From positions 1 to 64,000 of the forward strand of contig NW_024704935.1 of the NCBI RefSeq assembly GCF_018977255.1: a stretch of DNA of 64,000 nt, given 5' to 3'. Positions 37,596 through 51,284 of this stretch are shown here, piece by piece. The stretch comes from Callorhinchus milii (Eukaryota). The notes under the pieces are model-generated. The model was not told the DNA's origin. It did no database searches and saw nothing but the letters and a program-made list of their open reading frames with translations. Positions within the stretch are counted from its first letter, which is position 1. Each line of letters opens with the position of its first letter. A program made the position numbers and the translations under genes.

Positions 37596-39974
37596 TTGTT
37601 AGAATTTAGTCTTTTTGTATAATGTTAGAATCACAATAGATGTAGCGAACGGGTTAACTTTTAAGTTAAGTGTGTTGTGGGCAGCTGGACTGAAACTCCC
37701 TGCACGTACACGAGATAACGTACTGTCTCAAGGACAGTATGTTTGTGTGCTGAGGCACGTACACCCCATGAGATGTTCACGTGAATCCAGCATGATTTCG
37801 AGCGGGTGATCTAAGGTCTGCACCAGTCTGCAGTGGTATAAGAGTTCCGAAAATTTTGTGTACGGGGCCGTCCCGGGTCGTGGAGACAAGGATACGGGAG
37901 ATGGGGCCGTCCCGGCTCGCGGAGACAAGGGTACGGAGATGGATGACTTAGAGCTAGAAACACTAAGACTGAGGATATCAGATGGAAGATTGAAAGCTGT
38001 AAGCAAGAAGAATGAAAGCATGAAGAATCAATCTTGTGTGCTGGAAAGACACAGTGTTGAACTCTTGAACACAACAATGTCCCACAAACAGTCGCACATT
38101 GAAATGAGCAACTCTATTATTGTTTGTGGTTTTGGAGGGATTATTATTAGGCGTGTGGAGTAAAGAAACTTTAGGGTTTCGCCCTGCCTGGAATTGAACT
38201 CAGGTCTCTCGCTTGCAAAGCGACAGCTCTAACCACTGAGCTATACAGCACAGAAGAAGGCCATTCGGGCCATCGTATCTGTATCGGGTCTTCGAAAAGA
38301 GTTAAGCAAATCAATTCCACTCGGCAGCACTCTCCACACAGCCCTGAAAACTTGTCCTGCCAAATTAGTTGTCTACTTCTCTCTCTAAAGTTGTTATTGA
38401 ATTGGCTTCTAACAGCCTTTCAGGCAAAGCAGAATCTGAACTAATCCAACGTAAGTGATTCGGGTGGGTGCCATGAATACGGTTCTGTGAGCAACGGTAA
38501 GTTTTGTTAGCAATCAACAAATAGCCAATAACCACAATTACTGAGACAATGGATGCAGTGAAATCGATTTTACTCAGTTCGCTCTGAGAAACGTGCTGAC
38601 CCGCTTTTCTCGCTGCGGCCCACACTTCAACTTTTCTTGTTGAGGTCATTTATTGATATAACCCTCCTGGTCCATGGCCTTATCCAGTTTTGTGTCCATT
38701 CTTACTTAAGATTCTCTGAGATCTTAGAATCCTTGTTGTAGGAATCTGTCCAGCCGCCCATTATATTCGCAGAATACATAGTTGCTCTTCCTTTCATGTG
38801 GAGAATAAATACAATGTGTGCTGTTCTGCTTTCACTGTTACCAAACCCACCATTAACATGTTGTCGCTTTTCAAGACTTCACCAACTAAACCCGCACAAT
38901 CACGTGCAACGCCATTATTGTTATTCTTTACTTCTTCCGTATCAATGTGGTCTCACTCCTTGACAACTAGACCTCCATGAAATCTAACTTTTTTCAGATG
39001 AAATTCAACAAGAAACATGCGTGTCCTGGGAGGAAGCTAAACGTTTCCTAACGTCTTCACAAAAAGAAAAACATTATATCAATGCAATTTTGACTGTATT
39101 ACATAATAATGTGGCAGCTAGATTCCACGATTCTTCAAAGAAAATTGTTTCAACTTCAACATCAATTGACATTAATTCACGGCTCTTCAATATGTGAGGA
39201 CACGGCAAAACGCTTCACATTACTGACAATGCCGAGCAGTGGTTTGGAGCTGAACAGGGTCAGCAAGGGAAAACTCGTCCGGCAAACAGATAGGTCTTGA
39301 GACAGACTTGGATGAGATAAGCGAATTTATGAGTCAAAAGAATTATGGGATGGATTACATAGAGTGTGGACAGAAGGTCCGAAAGCCCCATGTGAGGTAA
39401 TTGAAGCTGGTGATGTTTTTGGGTAGAGAATATTTTGATGGATGGATTTCTGGATGTGGCAGAATTAGGGTGGGGGCAAAACTTCGATCCGCTGGGGAGG
39501 GATAGCCAAAGGTGGATACCTAGAAGGTGAGTTTTAGGCTCGAGGATCTTTGTGTATGACAAACCATTGTTTCAATCAGCGAATAGTGAACTAAGGAGAC
39601 AGTTGAAGCAGCAAATGTTAATAACAGATAACACAGATAAGATAATTTTATTTAGGAAACAACATTGTACAACAGAGGACACAGGTAGTTGGGGACATTT
39701 GTTCAATCGAAAGCCAGGAAAGCGAAAAGCGAACTTGATGGGCTTTGACCGTTTTTCGTCCTTTCTTATGCTCTTATATTCCACGATTATGTTCTTATAT
39801 TCTTATATTCTTAAAGTACATCAGCTACCGAGTTCTTCGTATGCTGTCGATATTGTCAGGTAGAGCTGGCGACACCCACATTCAGAGCGCTCGTGTCGTC
39901 CTGCCGATGTTACATCAACAGCAACATCACAAGATTATATGTATCATAAAGTTATATAGTGCCCCACCCACAGG

Positions 39975-40990
39975 GTAGCACTTCAGAAGGTTTGACAGTG
40001 GTTAGGGTTAGGGTTAGTTCAGCACGCCGTTGAGTCGCGGGGTGGGGGAGGGGCAGGTGACCATAAGTAACTTCGAAGACAGGGAAGGAAGGGGCAAGGC
40101 GAAGCACAGAGGAAAACAGTTCCAGAGCTTCGGGTCGTAGTGGCAGAAAGCGTGGCCACCAATGGTAGAACATGGGGCATGAGGGACTTGCAGAAAGCTG
40201 AAGCCAATCGACCGGCCGGAACAGGTTGTGGGTTTGGAGGTAAGCTGTGTCGCTGAACCCTTCCTCCTCAAAATCTATATGCTGCATCTTGGTGACATCA
40301 TCCGCTGTCATGGAGTCAATGTCCACATATTTGCGGATGCACCCCATTGAATGCCTGTCAGATATCAAGTCCTGGACGAGAGAGAAATTATTTCAGTTGA
40401 ACGTCAACAAGATAAAATCCGTTCTGGTAGGCCCCTGTCAGCGCCTCCACAGCTCCGGCGCTGACAGCATCACCATTCACGGACGCACAAACCACATTTC
40501 TAAGCCAGTTCGGAACCTTGGAGTCTTGTTTGACCATCAACTATCTTTACCAGCCCAATTCCGTGCCATAACACATCGTGCCTTTCCCAACAGAGGGGAG
40601 AGCAAAGCCTTCCATGCCCTCAATCCCCACGACATCTGCGACCTCCTAACTCTCTACAAACATGTCCGCTCAGACTGCTTAGCGTGCTCCAACCTGCTTC
40701 CCATCCTCTCCGACCCCAACATTGCTAGGCGAGCCTTCAGCAGCTGTGCCCCCACCATTTGCAAATCCGTCCCGCAGTTCCACCGCCTCGACCCCTCAAT
40801 TTTCTTCTTAAGACCCAACTCAAGACACTTTACTCCGATCGTGCTTTCGATTACCCTCCTTACCGCTTGTCCTCCACACTCCCCGATCCCGATACTCAGC
40901 TCGGGTCCGCAACGCTGGTTGTCGAGCAATTTCGGACATCCTCCCAACGTGAAATCTACAACAGAAATGTAATGATGTTGTTGTTATAAG
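39975..40990. mobile_element. Two back-to-back L2 3' fragments (minus 39975-40245; plus 40250-40990)
   Basis: L2 C-terminal motifs on opposite strands; tail ggacatcctcccaacgtgaaat near 40935. Confidence 0.65.
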
Positions 40991-41289
40991 CACGGCAGTG
41001 AGTTATGGAGGTGTCATGGCATGAAGGGTTTTGAAAACGAGAGTGAGTATTTTACAATCGACCTGTTCTGTGCTGTAGAGCCAATGGAACTTGGCTATAA
41101 CTAATTTGATGGTGAAAAGGAGTCGAGTACGGCTAAGTATGTTGAGGTACGAATTTTGCTTCCGTTGAATATTGTGCATGGAGGATCCATGGAGACTAAC
41201 AAAGGGGGCATTAGAGATGTACACTTGAGAGGTGAAGAACACATGGACGAGTGGGCAACAAAATGATTGGGGGAATATAGGGAATCTAT

Positions 41290-42880
41290 GCTGCACACCT
41301 TAAAAAGCCAATCTATTCCTAATGAAGTAGATGCCCGAAACTGGAAGCAGTAAAATCCAGTCCTTATAAAGCTGAAACATCATTTCCTCCCTTTTATATT
41401 CCAGCCTCCTTGAGATTAAGGCCAACATCTTATCTGCCTATTTTGTAAAATTTTGCACCTGTGAACTTGATTCCAGTGCTTTGTGCACTTGGACACCCAA
41501 ATCATTTTGCTATTCCACAGTTCTTAGTTTCTCACCATATGGAAATATTCGGTTTTGCTATACCTGGACCCAAACTGGATTACCTAATGCTTCCCCGCAT
41601 TGACTTCCATCTGTTAAACTTTTGCCCACTCACTTAATCTAAGACCATTTGTAATTTCAAACCTCCAGTTGGTTGTGTCAAATTACTGAGTGTCGTCTGC
41701 AAGTTGGTACATAAAATTCTTCATTCCTTCATCCAAGTTATTTGCATTTACTTGTCGTTTAATTTCCTGCACAGCACCCTCTCCACCACACTCCACGCCC
41801 TTGCCCCTCTCACCTACAGAACTGCCTCCTATTCGCGAACCTCACCCTGGTTCACCTCCGGTCGCGAGTTCGGTGGACTTGAGCATAAGTATTTCTGAGC
41901 ATGAGGCGGCCTTCTTGATGGTCTCGGGTGAAAGCTGGGCAGAAATGTAGGGATGATTTCTTGATGGTGAGGGGAGGGATGCGAAAGCTGAAGGAGATGA
42001 GGAAGTGGTCGGAGATGGCCTTCTCCGTGATGGAAATGTCGAGGCCATATTTGATGACGGGGACTAGGGAATGGCCCCGCTTGTGTGTCGGCGAGATGAT
42101 GTGGAGGATGCAGTTTAGGGAGGAGCGGATTTCAGTGAAATTTGAGGATGTAGTGCAAAGGGATTTTCTCGGTGAAATTTGAAGTTGCCCATTATGAGCA
42201 GGCGGTCAGAGCAGAAGGATGGGAGAAGAAATGTCGGAGATATCGGAGAGGAAGGAGATGGGTTTGAGGTGGGGGCGGTAAGCCATGGAGAACTTTGAGT
42301 GAGAGAAAGGAGGGACCGTAGAGGGAGAGGTGCTCAATTGAAGAGAACCAGTCATAGGAATAATGGATTAGACGGAGGGACGCTCGAGGAATGAGGGTCA
42401 ACCCATCGCGTAGTTGCTGAGGGCGGGGTTTGTAATGGAAGATGTAGCCAGGAGGGTAACGTTACACTAATGCGGACGGAGACATTGGGTGAAAGAGAGG
42501 TTTCCCTAAGCCGACCGATATCCAGGTTCTCATCCAGGATGGGGTCGCGGTTAGTGAGGCTTTATCATGGAGGAAGTGAACATTTTGTGGAGCATTGCGG
42601 ATGGTTTTGTGGGTGGTGGTGGGAGAGCACGGAGTAGAGAGTGGTATGGGAAGTATTTGGGTTCGTAGGGGAGAAATGACCGTCGTATTTGAGGAAAAGT
42701 TTGTGATGAGAGGGCATGGCTGAGCTTGGAAGATGGGCTTTTGCCTTTCGGAGGGACGGAGCGACTGAACGGTGCTGTTGGCTGATCTCTGACGACCAAC
42801 GCCGGTTACCACGATGGGCCTGTCGGAGGGATCCCAGGCGACAACAGTTGGTGTCCCGGCGGGAAAGAAGACGGGAAGAC
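41290..42880 (-). mobile_element. Degenerate CR1 (41290-41760) and L2 endonuclease/RT (41765-42880) fragments
   Basis: cagtaatttgacacaaccaactggag (DDTKL region) and pyrimidine-rich L2-type ORF2 5' sequence. Confidence 0.55.
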
Positions 42881-42884
42881 CGGT

Positions 42885-43264
42885 GGGAGACGCACACGCA
42901 CATAAAACGCACACATACATACACCTACTAACACAGATACAAACACAGACGCAAACACAAACACACACAGACACACACAAACATAGACTCATCCGCACAC
43001 ACCACACACACACAGATATACATAGACACAGACACAAACAGACACAGTAACGCAGTCTCACAACCATACGCAGACAAACATAGAAAGACACACATAGACT
43101 CACACGCACACAGACACGAACCTGGATCTAGGGACACGCCCAAACATAAAGATACAAACACGCAAGCAGTCACACACGCACAATAAAACACACACACAGA
43201 CACATACAGACGGACACAAAGAAACACACATAAATAATCACCAACACACACAAACACACACACA
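42885..43264. repeat. CA-rich degenerate microsatellite
   Basis: (ca)n/(caga)n mosaic. Confidence 0.9.
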
Positions 43265-43584
43265 GTTCTTCCCGGTGTTTTCCACAGTCACATTTAACGC
43301 CAATGTCTGTCGTGACCAGGCTCCAGGCTGATTTCTCGTGCTTTCTCTGCTAGACTTGCCAGTGTCCGATTAACCCAAAGTTTCCTTTCTGGAAAAATCT
43401 GCTGAGAAACAGCACAGGGGTTTGTTTCCTGATTTTCCCAGCACCGCGCAAAACAGGGGCGACAGAAGTTGTGGCCGCACTGAAGGTTGACAGCAACAGT
43501 GAAGAAATCCAGACAAATCGGACAAATTATCTTCTCAATACAGATCCCAGCCTGGAGTCTTGAAGCAATTTTCACCATAACCAT
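43265..43584 (-). pseudogene. TRIM-family RING plus start of B-box, pseudogene
   Basis: CPICLDFFT...CGHNFCRPC...CAVS (last RING Cys lost)...VNRTLASLAEKAR; after a frameshift, CGKHREEL runs into the CA repeat. Confidence 0.85.
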
Positions 43585-44365
43585 TTTCTGATTGTAATTG
43601 ACTTTAGTTTCAGTGTGAGTGTGTAGCGGCTCCCAGTGACTTGTCTGTCAATTCCTCTTCTTTAGTCTGTTCTTGTGAAATCAGCTGATATTGACTGTGA
43701 TCCCAGGAAACCATGAGGAAGCCGTGTGCAAAAGCCACAATCTTCTCCTCTTATTACGTTGTTCACGACTGTAAGACCCATTGATATTACTGGGCTGAGA
43801 CACGGGAATAATACAACAAACCATATAATTGATACAGAACCTGTCGCGTTTCAAAGCTCTGCACATTTCTGTACAGTGTAGTGATTGCAGAGTTTTAGTG
43901 AATATACAGCCACTCTCCACACAACCAAGTGCATCAAACAGTCATGTAGTGACTGGCCATCGTTTGGACTTGGCCCAGAGACGCCACGTTTGAAACCTCC
44001 CGTCTAAATCAATGAACATCCTTCAAGGAGGCAAGAAAGGAAGCGAGGTGAAGTGACTGTGGGATGGAGTTCCAGATTATCGGGCCAGAAAAGTTGAAAG
44101 CTCGGCCACCGAAGGTAAGACGGGTATTCTGGAACTCTCTGCCACATTCCTTCCACATTATCCCCTTCCTATCCATCTTCAAGTGGCTCATTAAGGCCTT
44201 CCTTGTGCAATGAACAGTGAGAGAATTAACGTGGAGAGAGGATGAGGGAGGCAAGTTGGCCGTGTAAGTTGGTTGACTCTGCAATATTCATTCAAAATAG
44301 CTCGCTGTTTATATCACATACTGTATGACACTTACATCCTGAGCAAAATATGTTTTCTTACACAC

Positions 44366-44436
44366 GCATTGGTGATTCAATGGCAGAATTCTCACCTCCC
44401 ACGTGGGAGACCCGGGTTCGATTCCCGGCCGATGCA
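44366..44436 (+). tRNA. tRNA-Gly(CCC), variant or pseudogene
   Basis: GCATTGGTGATTCAATGGCAGAATTCTCACCTCCCACGTGGGAGACCCGGGTTCGATTCCCGGCCGATGCA, 71 nt. All four stems can pair, perfect T-arm, T9 terminator; A-box is altered. Confidence 0.75.
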
Positions 44437-44787
44437 TTTTTTTTTGTGAAGGAAAAGTGCATCTGACACAATAGCAAATCAACAATCCCCAGGCCTCAAA
44501 CAGGGGGTGTTGAGTCAAAACTAAAGGAGGAAAACGGTTGGGGGTCACCTCAGTGAACCAGCCAGCTCAGAAATGTGAAGTTGGAAGTGTGCAGCTAACT
44601 TAGTCTGGACTGAGAGTGATCAATCGGCCATCGACTCTATCACGTTCCTCGGGGATTGCATCACCGACAAAAACGCTGGCTGCTGATTAATGAATGGACA
44701 TTGATACCAATATGCACACATGCTGTTGTTGTTCATAATACACATCTAACGTGGATGTTGTACAAGATGAACAACGTCATAAGTGTT

Positions 44788-44874
44788 TGGTAGGGTTGGG
44801 TTTCCAACCCACTTCCCCAAAGTAACTGGAGTCTAAATCCAGCGCCTTAGATCATTCGCAAACCGAACTCTACC
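44788..44874 (-). pseudogene. tRNA-Leu(TAG) pseudogene
   Basis: Minus strand contains TCTAAGGCGCTGGATTTAGACTCCAGT...GTGGGTTGGAAACCCA; D-arm and T-loop disrupted. Confidence 0.75.
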
Positions 44875-46009
44875 AACATTTCTCACTAATTATAATCAAA
44901 CTTCTCCTCCTGCCACGACGGAGAACCGAGTCCATACTCAGACAATCTGTCCACCACTGTAGCAAGTTTAGAAAACTCATCAATAATTTCAAGCTTTACT
45001 AAGGCGATATTCCAAGAAAACCGTTTTGGCGAAATCATTTACTCACTGGCTTGCAGCATACCTTTGCAAATAAATGGTCAGAAACTAAACTTTTTGTTAG
45101 GTGAAATGGTGTTCATTTTGAAAATGTTGCAGCGCATCAGTCACTTGTTTCTTGGCAGAGTGGCCTTGTGTTTCTACCGTTTGGCTGTTCGTATATTTGT
45201 ATTTCCAGGGCTTTTTACTTCGTTTCTTCAACCTGCATTCGGGAGATTCCAATTGTCACTTATTATAGCCCAATCCAGCAATATCAGGAGTTTGGGAAAA
45301 GATCCGAAAGGTGGAGCAGCATCTGATTTTTAGCCGTTTCTCGAAAGTCATTAAGGCCCTGAAGTTTCCGTATTTTAGCGGATATCACGTTTGCTGAAAC
45401 ATCTATTTAACTTTTATTTTTAAAAAATGATTCTTCGGTATTGCTACACATTCACTGTTTCAATTGCAGCGCCTGAAGCAGATAAACGATTGTTACTATG
45501 AAAATAAGTGACATTTTGCAAAGAAAGTGAAGATTTCAGGCTACAAAAAGATAAGACTTAATTCCTGCGGCTGAATTGAATTCTATTGCAGCTGTAGTTT
45601 TGAAGCAAAAGATGTGACATAAAAATGTATGATAGTTGGTTCCCGTTTGATCTTATGTTGTCGAAATATCAGTGAACAGAATCCAATAAAGTGAGAGAGT
45701 GTGATGATCAAACCATTGATTGCAATTAATATAATCTCCTGTTGCAAAGACAGTCAGTTTAGAGTTTGCCAATCATAGTAAATCTGAGGCCAATCTTTCT
45801 AATTTTCAGCAGCACCGGCTCGCATTTCACACAGGATAATAGAGTGGGAAGGATAGACGTCAAGGTACAGGATGGAACTGGAGGTGAGGACAGGAGAAGT
45901 GGACCATTTGGTTTCACAGTGGAAATTGAAGACAGATTGAGAAGGATCGAGGTGGAGACACCCAGGAGGATTTCCACAGGTTGTTGTTTTGTAATTGAAG
46001 GTGAACATT

Positions 46010-46036
46010 GCGTGGGCTCGAATCCCACCGTTGCCA
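46010..46036 (+). pseudogene. tRNA-Leu 3' fragment
   Basis: GCGTGGGCTCGAATCCCACCGTTGCCA matches a tRNA-Leu T-arm and acceptor 3' strand; no 5' half seen. Confidence 0.55.
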
Positions 46037-47029
46037 ATTTGATTTTCCTTTGTATTTTCTCCCCATTCTTTCAAACTACAGTATTGTGTGGGAAATAACA
46101 AACTTGAACAAATGCATTGTTTTGCAGCGATTGCCAGTGTCCTCCTTGTAACCCTCTGTTTTTTCAGCAACTATTTTAAATCGTTGTCCTCGTGATACCG
46201 ACTCACCCGTCATTAGAAATATTTGCTCATTTTGCACCTTATCGAATACAATGATCAATTGAAAAACTTCTGATCAGTCACTTGTTAACAGCCTGTGCTC
46301 CAAGTAGAACAATCCTTGCTTATCTAGCCTCTCCTCTTAAATTACTGCTCAGCTCCAGGGGAAAAGTAGAGATGTACAGGACCAATATTTCGGAGGTGGG
46401 GGAGAAATGAGTTCTTCAAACCACGAATATGGGATTAAAGGACAGTTGGGAATTCATCCCGGATTTGGTGTCTGAAAGGAAAATGGTTGGAACATCCGTG
46501 TCCCTGGAATGGCGGGCAGACAAAGAGGTAGAGAGATTGAAACCAGGATAGGGCAGAACGAAAAAGTTGGAGAATAGAGGACAAGCGGCAGAGAAGATTA
46601 CTGAATGACAAATATGTTTGAAGAATTACATTTTAAGTGAATGGTCGATAGTGTTGAGCGGAACAGGTCCCCTCAATATGGAGGTTTGGAAAACCAGTGT
46701 CACATATGGAGTCAATGTCATTGGAAATTGGATCAGTTTAGTGCTGTTAATGAGGGTGAGGCACTGCGGGGAAAAGAAAGAGCAAACTTGGAAACAAATG
46801 TCTTGCTCCACGGAAAGAACAGGCAGTTAGGGGATAAGACCTTCAATTGACAGCATGTGGATTCTCGTGAGCTCTGTTACTGCTCCTCAGGAGGATGCAG
46901 TTTTGAAGGAGTTTGCGAGTTTCACAAAGCTGTTAATGAGTAAATCAGTAGAATCGGGAGAAAAAGTGAAGGGTGGGGCTGGTAGTGGCAGTGGAGTCTG
47001 TCGACGTAGAGTGTATGATTTCTGTCTTG

Positions 47030-47400
47030 GAAACAAGGAATACCGTCATCTCATGTTTGGAATTGGGACAGAGGACAGTGGGGCATGGGAAGGTTTGTGA
47101 AGCAGGTAGATGGTAATGGAAAATAGGAACCTAGTCTTTTCCTTTGCCTCAAGGTCGATCAATGAGAAGAAGAACAATTTTGCTGAGGTTCAGTGTGGCA
47201 GCTGATATGGTTTCTTGTGCCCCAAGAAGATTTGGTTTTGGACCATGAGGATGGATTGTAGCCACGAGCTTTCGTTGAAACATACCTGAGATTTGAGGGA
47301 GTGGGAGTGACCTACAAGAGTCACGGTATGGGGAAAGGCGAGATAAAATAGATTGAGATGACTGTTCTTGATGGCGGGTGATACAGACACATTGGGTTGA
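47030..47400 (-). mobile_element. Possible Penelope-like retroelement remnant
   Basis: PYRDSCRSLPLP...SGMFQRK resembles the LRDSLVxSxLP...GTFPC segment before the GIY-YIG domain; highly degenerate. Confidence 0.3.
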
Positions 47401-48274
47401 ATGGCCTTCTTTCATCACCTAAATATTTGTGAGTCTTCATTTGAAATATTTGATTGTATTTGGGCGGCTCTCCGTGAGGTATAGTTTCTTTATTGGACAC
47501 TGAAGAACGTTGACATTATGGCTCTCAAGGAAAGAAGGATGACCCCAGGTGACACCCCCCCCCCCCCTCACTGAGGGCACACAACTCGGCTACACCTGCG
47601 GCCATGCCACACGCACCAATCGTCGTGCAGGTGGGGTGGCCCTCATCTCCAGGTCGTCACTTGGCTCTCGTCCGAAAGCCTCACCATCCTAGGTGACTTC
47701 AATCTCCACATCAAACCCTCTTGCTCCACCGCCTCAGACTTCTCCTCTCTCAAACTCTCCCTTCTAATCCACTTGGTGCCTAGGATTTTTTTCTCTTTTT
47801 TGCGCGCGCATATTCCTAAATCTGAACTACGAAGTCAGCGGTTCACCGCTCCGCCCCCTTCTCTCCCAACCCCACCGAGCAAAACTCCCTGCCGCCTCTA
47901 GCTTTATACTACCTGAGAATGTAGGCCCAGGTTTCTCCCCGCGCTGTCATGAGTTTGGGTTGGATATATATTTTTTAAATAATTCAAAATTTGTAACAGT
48001 CCATGTTCTTCTAAAACAATAATAATTCTACAGCTGTAATATAAATTTTTCAGATTATATTGTATTATCATTTTTTGTAAGAAATGTCTTCATATTTATA
48101 TGGACTTTCACAAAGTGGCATATGAAAGATTTGGTAAAAATGGACAGTGGCAGCACGGATACAGTACAGACTGGGAGACAGAAAGCAGAGGGCCGTGGTG
48201 GATGGATGCTTTTCCCAGTGGAGGCAGGTGTGGCATCTTCCAGGCATTGGTATTAAGACCACTGCCCATATAAA

Positions 48275-49245
48275 TACATATAAATGATCTGCATTTGTGT
48301 ATAGAACGTACCATTTCCAGATTTCCGAACGAAATAAAGTTAGTAGATTGATAAACAGTGAGAAGGATACTCACCAACTGCAGGAAGACATAGACAAAAT
48401 AGGAAAATGGGCAGACAAAGGCCAGATGAATTGCAGTGTGGAGAAATGAGACGTGATGCCTTTTGGTGGAAAGAATGAGGGTAGGCAATGCAAGCTATGT
48501 GTACAATCCTTAGGGGGTAACATAACAGAGAGACCTGAGGGTGCAGGTAAATTAATCATTGCAGGTGTCAGGACAGCTAGATAAAGCTGTGAAAAGGGCA
48601 TATGGGTTACTAGGCTTTATAAATAGGGGCACAGAGTACAAGATTAAGGAAGTTATGATTAACGAGTATAAACACTGGTGAGGCCTCAGTTAGAATATTG
48701 CGCCCAGTTCTGGGCAGTACACTTCAGGAACGATGTTAAGGCATTTGATAGGGTGCAGTGGAGATTCACAAGAATGGTACCAGGAATGAGGGATCTTAAT
48801 TATGAGGAAAGGCTAGATAGGCTGGGATTATTCTCATTGGAGCAAAAAAGTATACGAGGAGAACTAATAGAGGTCGTCAAAATCATGAGCGTATTTGATA
48901 GGTTAGAAAGGGAGAAACTGTTTCGACTTGTGGGTGTGTCGTTGAATCGAGTTCACAGATTTAAAATAGTCTCCAAAAGAAGCCGGGGGGAGGTAAGCAG
49001 CGTTTTTTTCACGCAGCGAGTTGTTCGAATCTGGAAGGCATTGCCTGACAGGGTGGTGGTGGCCGATTCGATAACAACTTTTAAAAACGCGGTGGAAGGG
49101 TACTTGAGGTGGACTGGTTCGCAGAGATACGTGAAAAGGGCTGGGGAGTGGGATTGAATTTACAAATGCTCTTTACAAAGTGCTGGCACAGACTCGATGG
49201 GATGAATGGCCTCTTTTTCTGCTTTACGATTCTATGAATCTATGG
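48275..49245 (+). mobile_element. CR1 LINE 3' fragment
   Basis: ORF 48678-49157 RPQLEYCAQFW...RLGLFSLEQK...FFTQRVVRIWKALP; tail attctatgaatctatg. Confidence 0.9.
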
Positions 49246-49889
49246 GCATGAGCATGGAAAAATTCTGCATTCTCATCCTGACTGTGGTAAACAAAAGATA
49301 AACGCTGTATGGCTGAACTGTATTTTGTGCCGCCTATGATATAAGATATCAGGGGAAAGCTACACAATCATCTTTGTTGTGACGATACGAAGCGAAGAAT
49401 GTTACATTCCGGACTAAAATTCGCAACAATTAGAATGATCCATCGATTCATCAACTTGAGTTGTTTCCAGTGATTTCAGTATTTGGGGTATTTGAGAGGT
49501 GTTTGCTTCATGGGGTGTGGGAGGTTGTACGTTTGAAGAGTGTGTTGGAGGGTTATGTGAGTGTCTGAGGGTGTTTGTGTCTGACGTTGTGTGTGTGGGT
49601 GATGGTTTGAGTGTGTGAGGGGAGGGGCCACTGGGGGTGAGGTAAAGTGAGCCAGGGACAAAAGCGTCCTGTGTTCAATCAGCAACCAACTGAGGAAGGG
49701 CACTGAGGTTGTCGAACAGGTCCATTGCTCAAGGAAACAAAACCGTCAATCAAACACCTTCTACTGTCCTGACAGCAGCAGGAACTGTCGCCAGTTCAGT
49801 GTTATACACACTACCCCGGGATTGGTTGAAAATTGTAGCCACCCTACCCTGGATCGACAAGCAAACGTTGCGTTACTCTGCACATGCTA

Positions 49890-50330
49890 TCGGTGTGCGC
49901 TAGGCTATGTTGGGGCTGTGGGCTGGGCTTTTTTGGCGGCGGTCTACCGGGTTAAGCTGAGGTCTGTGGGTGTGCCATACTGGGGTCTGTGTACTGGGCT
50001 ATCCTGGAGACCATTTGCTCGGCTACTTTGAGGTCTGTGAGATTGACTATGCTGGAGCTGCGTTTGGGATATCCTGGGGGAGGTGCGCCGGGCGACTTTG
50101 GCCGCCTGGAGCTGGTCTATGTTGGTGGCTGTTTCCTGGGCTATGCTTGGAGCTGCATCCTGGGATACGTTGGGGGCTGCGTGATGTGATATTCTCAGTG
50201 TTTTGTGTTGGGCTATGCTGGAGCCTGAGTTATGTGATATGATTGGTGCTGTGTGCTGGGCTATGCTATCGGCTGTGTGCTGAGTTATGATGGGCGGCTC
50301 TGTGCTTTCCCTGGGTGTGCGCTGGAGACG
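49890..50330. repeat. Degenerate 24-bp tandem repeat
   Basis: gctgtgtgctgggctatgct-like units; the minus-strand translation has 8-aa periodicity. Confidence 0.7.
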
Positions 50331-51284
50331 ACCTGAAATAATACGGTTTAAGATCACACAATAAGAAGTGATTGGTTTCTGCTGCATTGTCGGAGCTGGT
50401 GTTCACCTGTTTCAGCTGAAAAATGGCGAATCAGTCGCCATTTTCCGGGGATCATTAATGGTCACGTGACATTACTGGAAAAGTGGAGGGATTGTGTACC
50501 AACAAAAATATCGACATAAAATTCGTCCTTTGCTTAATGACTGATTGAGGGACATTGATGCGTCTGCTGCAGTCGCCTCCAAAATCCACTGGCACCCGAC
50601 CATATCAAATGCGTCATATGAAAAACTATTATTATTTTTATGACTAAGCACCATGGCTTATCATTCAGAAGCGACACGCACTACATATATTCGTGTTTAT
50701 CTTGTTGCATCATACAATCATTAGATAATGTCTTTTTGGGATCACTTGACTGCCTCAAAGCTATTCCTCGTTAGCCAAGACAAAGAGAAGAATAGCAGCA
50801 TCTTGAAGGACACATGGGTATGTGGGACACCTCCACCAGCTTTTTACGGGACTCTGAACCCAGATATATCTCTAGATGCGGATTATTTCTGCTCCATGCG
50901 GCTAAGTGTAGGGCGTGAAATTGAAGCGACTTTACAGATTATGTTTGAAGGTTTGGGAATCACATCACAGGATACTGAGACAAACATTTGTCTCCATTGT
51001 TCAATAAATTACAAAGCAAGTTGCTAAAGGCCTGAGATTTCCAAAGAGCCAATGGGGGGCAGATAGAGCGTTTGGTTATGAAACTGATAGTTGTCAGTCA
51101 TCAAAGGGAGAAGGCGGGTCGCTAAGGCTGAAGGAAATCGCAGAGATACGTGAGGCGAATTCTTGAGAAAAGCTGACATGAAAGGAACTTACTACGTTTC
51201 AAAGAAAACCATCTGAAGAATGTTGAGACTTTCTTCGTACGTGAAATAAATTGTGTCAAGTTGAAAGATTTTTACCTACTAAAG

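Noticed and set aside
37858-38163. 101-aa ORF with a duplicated 39-bp unit
   Set aside because: Runs into a reverse SINE; no domain; most simply a local duplication.
42462-43263. Long Val/Cys- or His/Thr-rich ORFs
   Set aside because: Artefacts of the CA/TG repeat and adjacent L2 sequence.
50472-50654. Possible second TRIM or leader exon
   Set aside because: Only vague similarity; no CxxC spacing or splice support.
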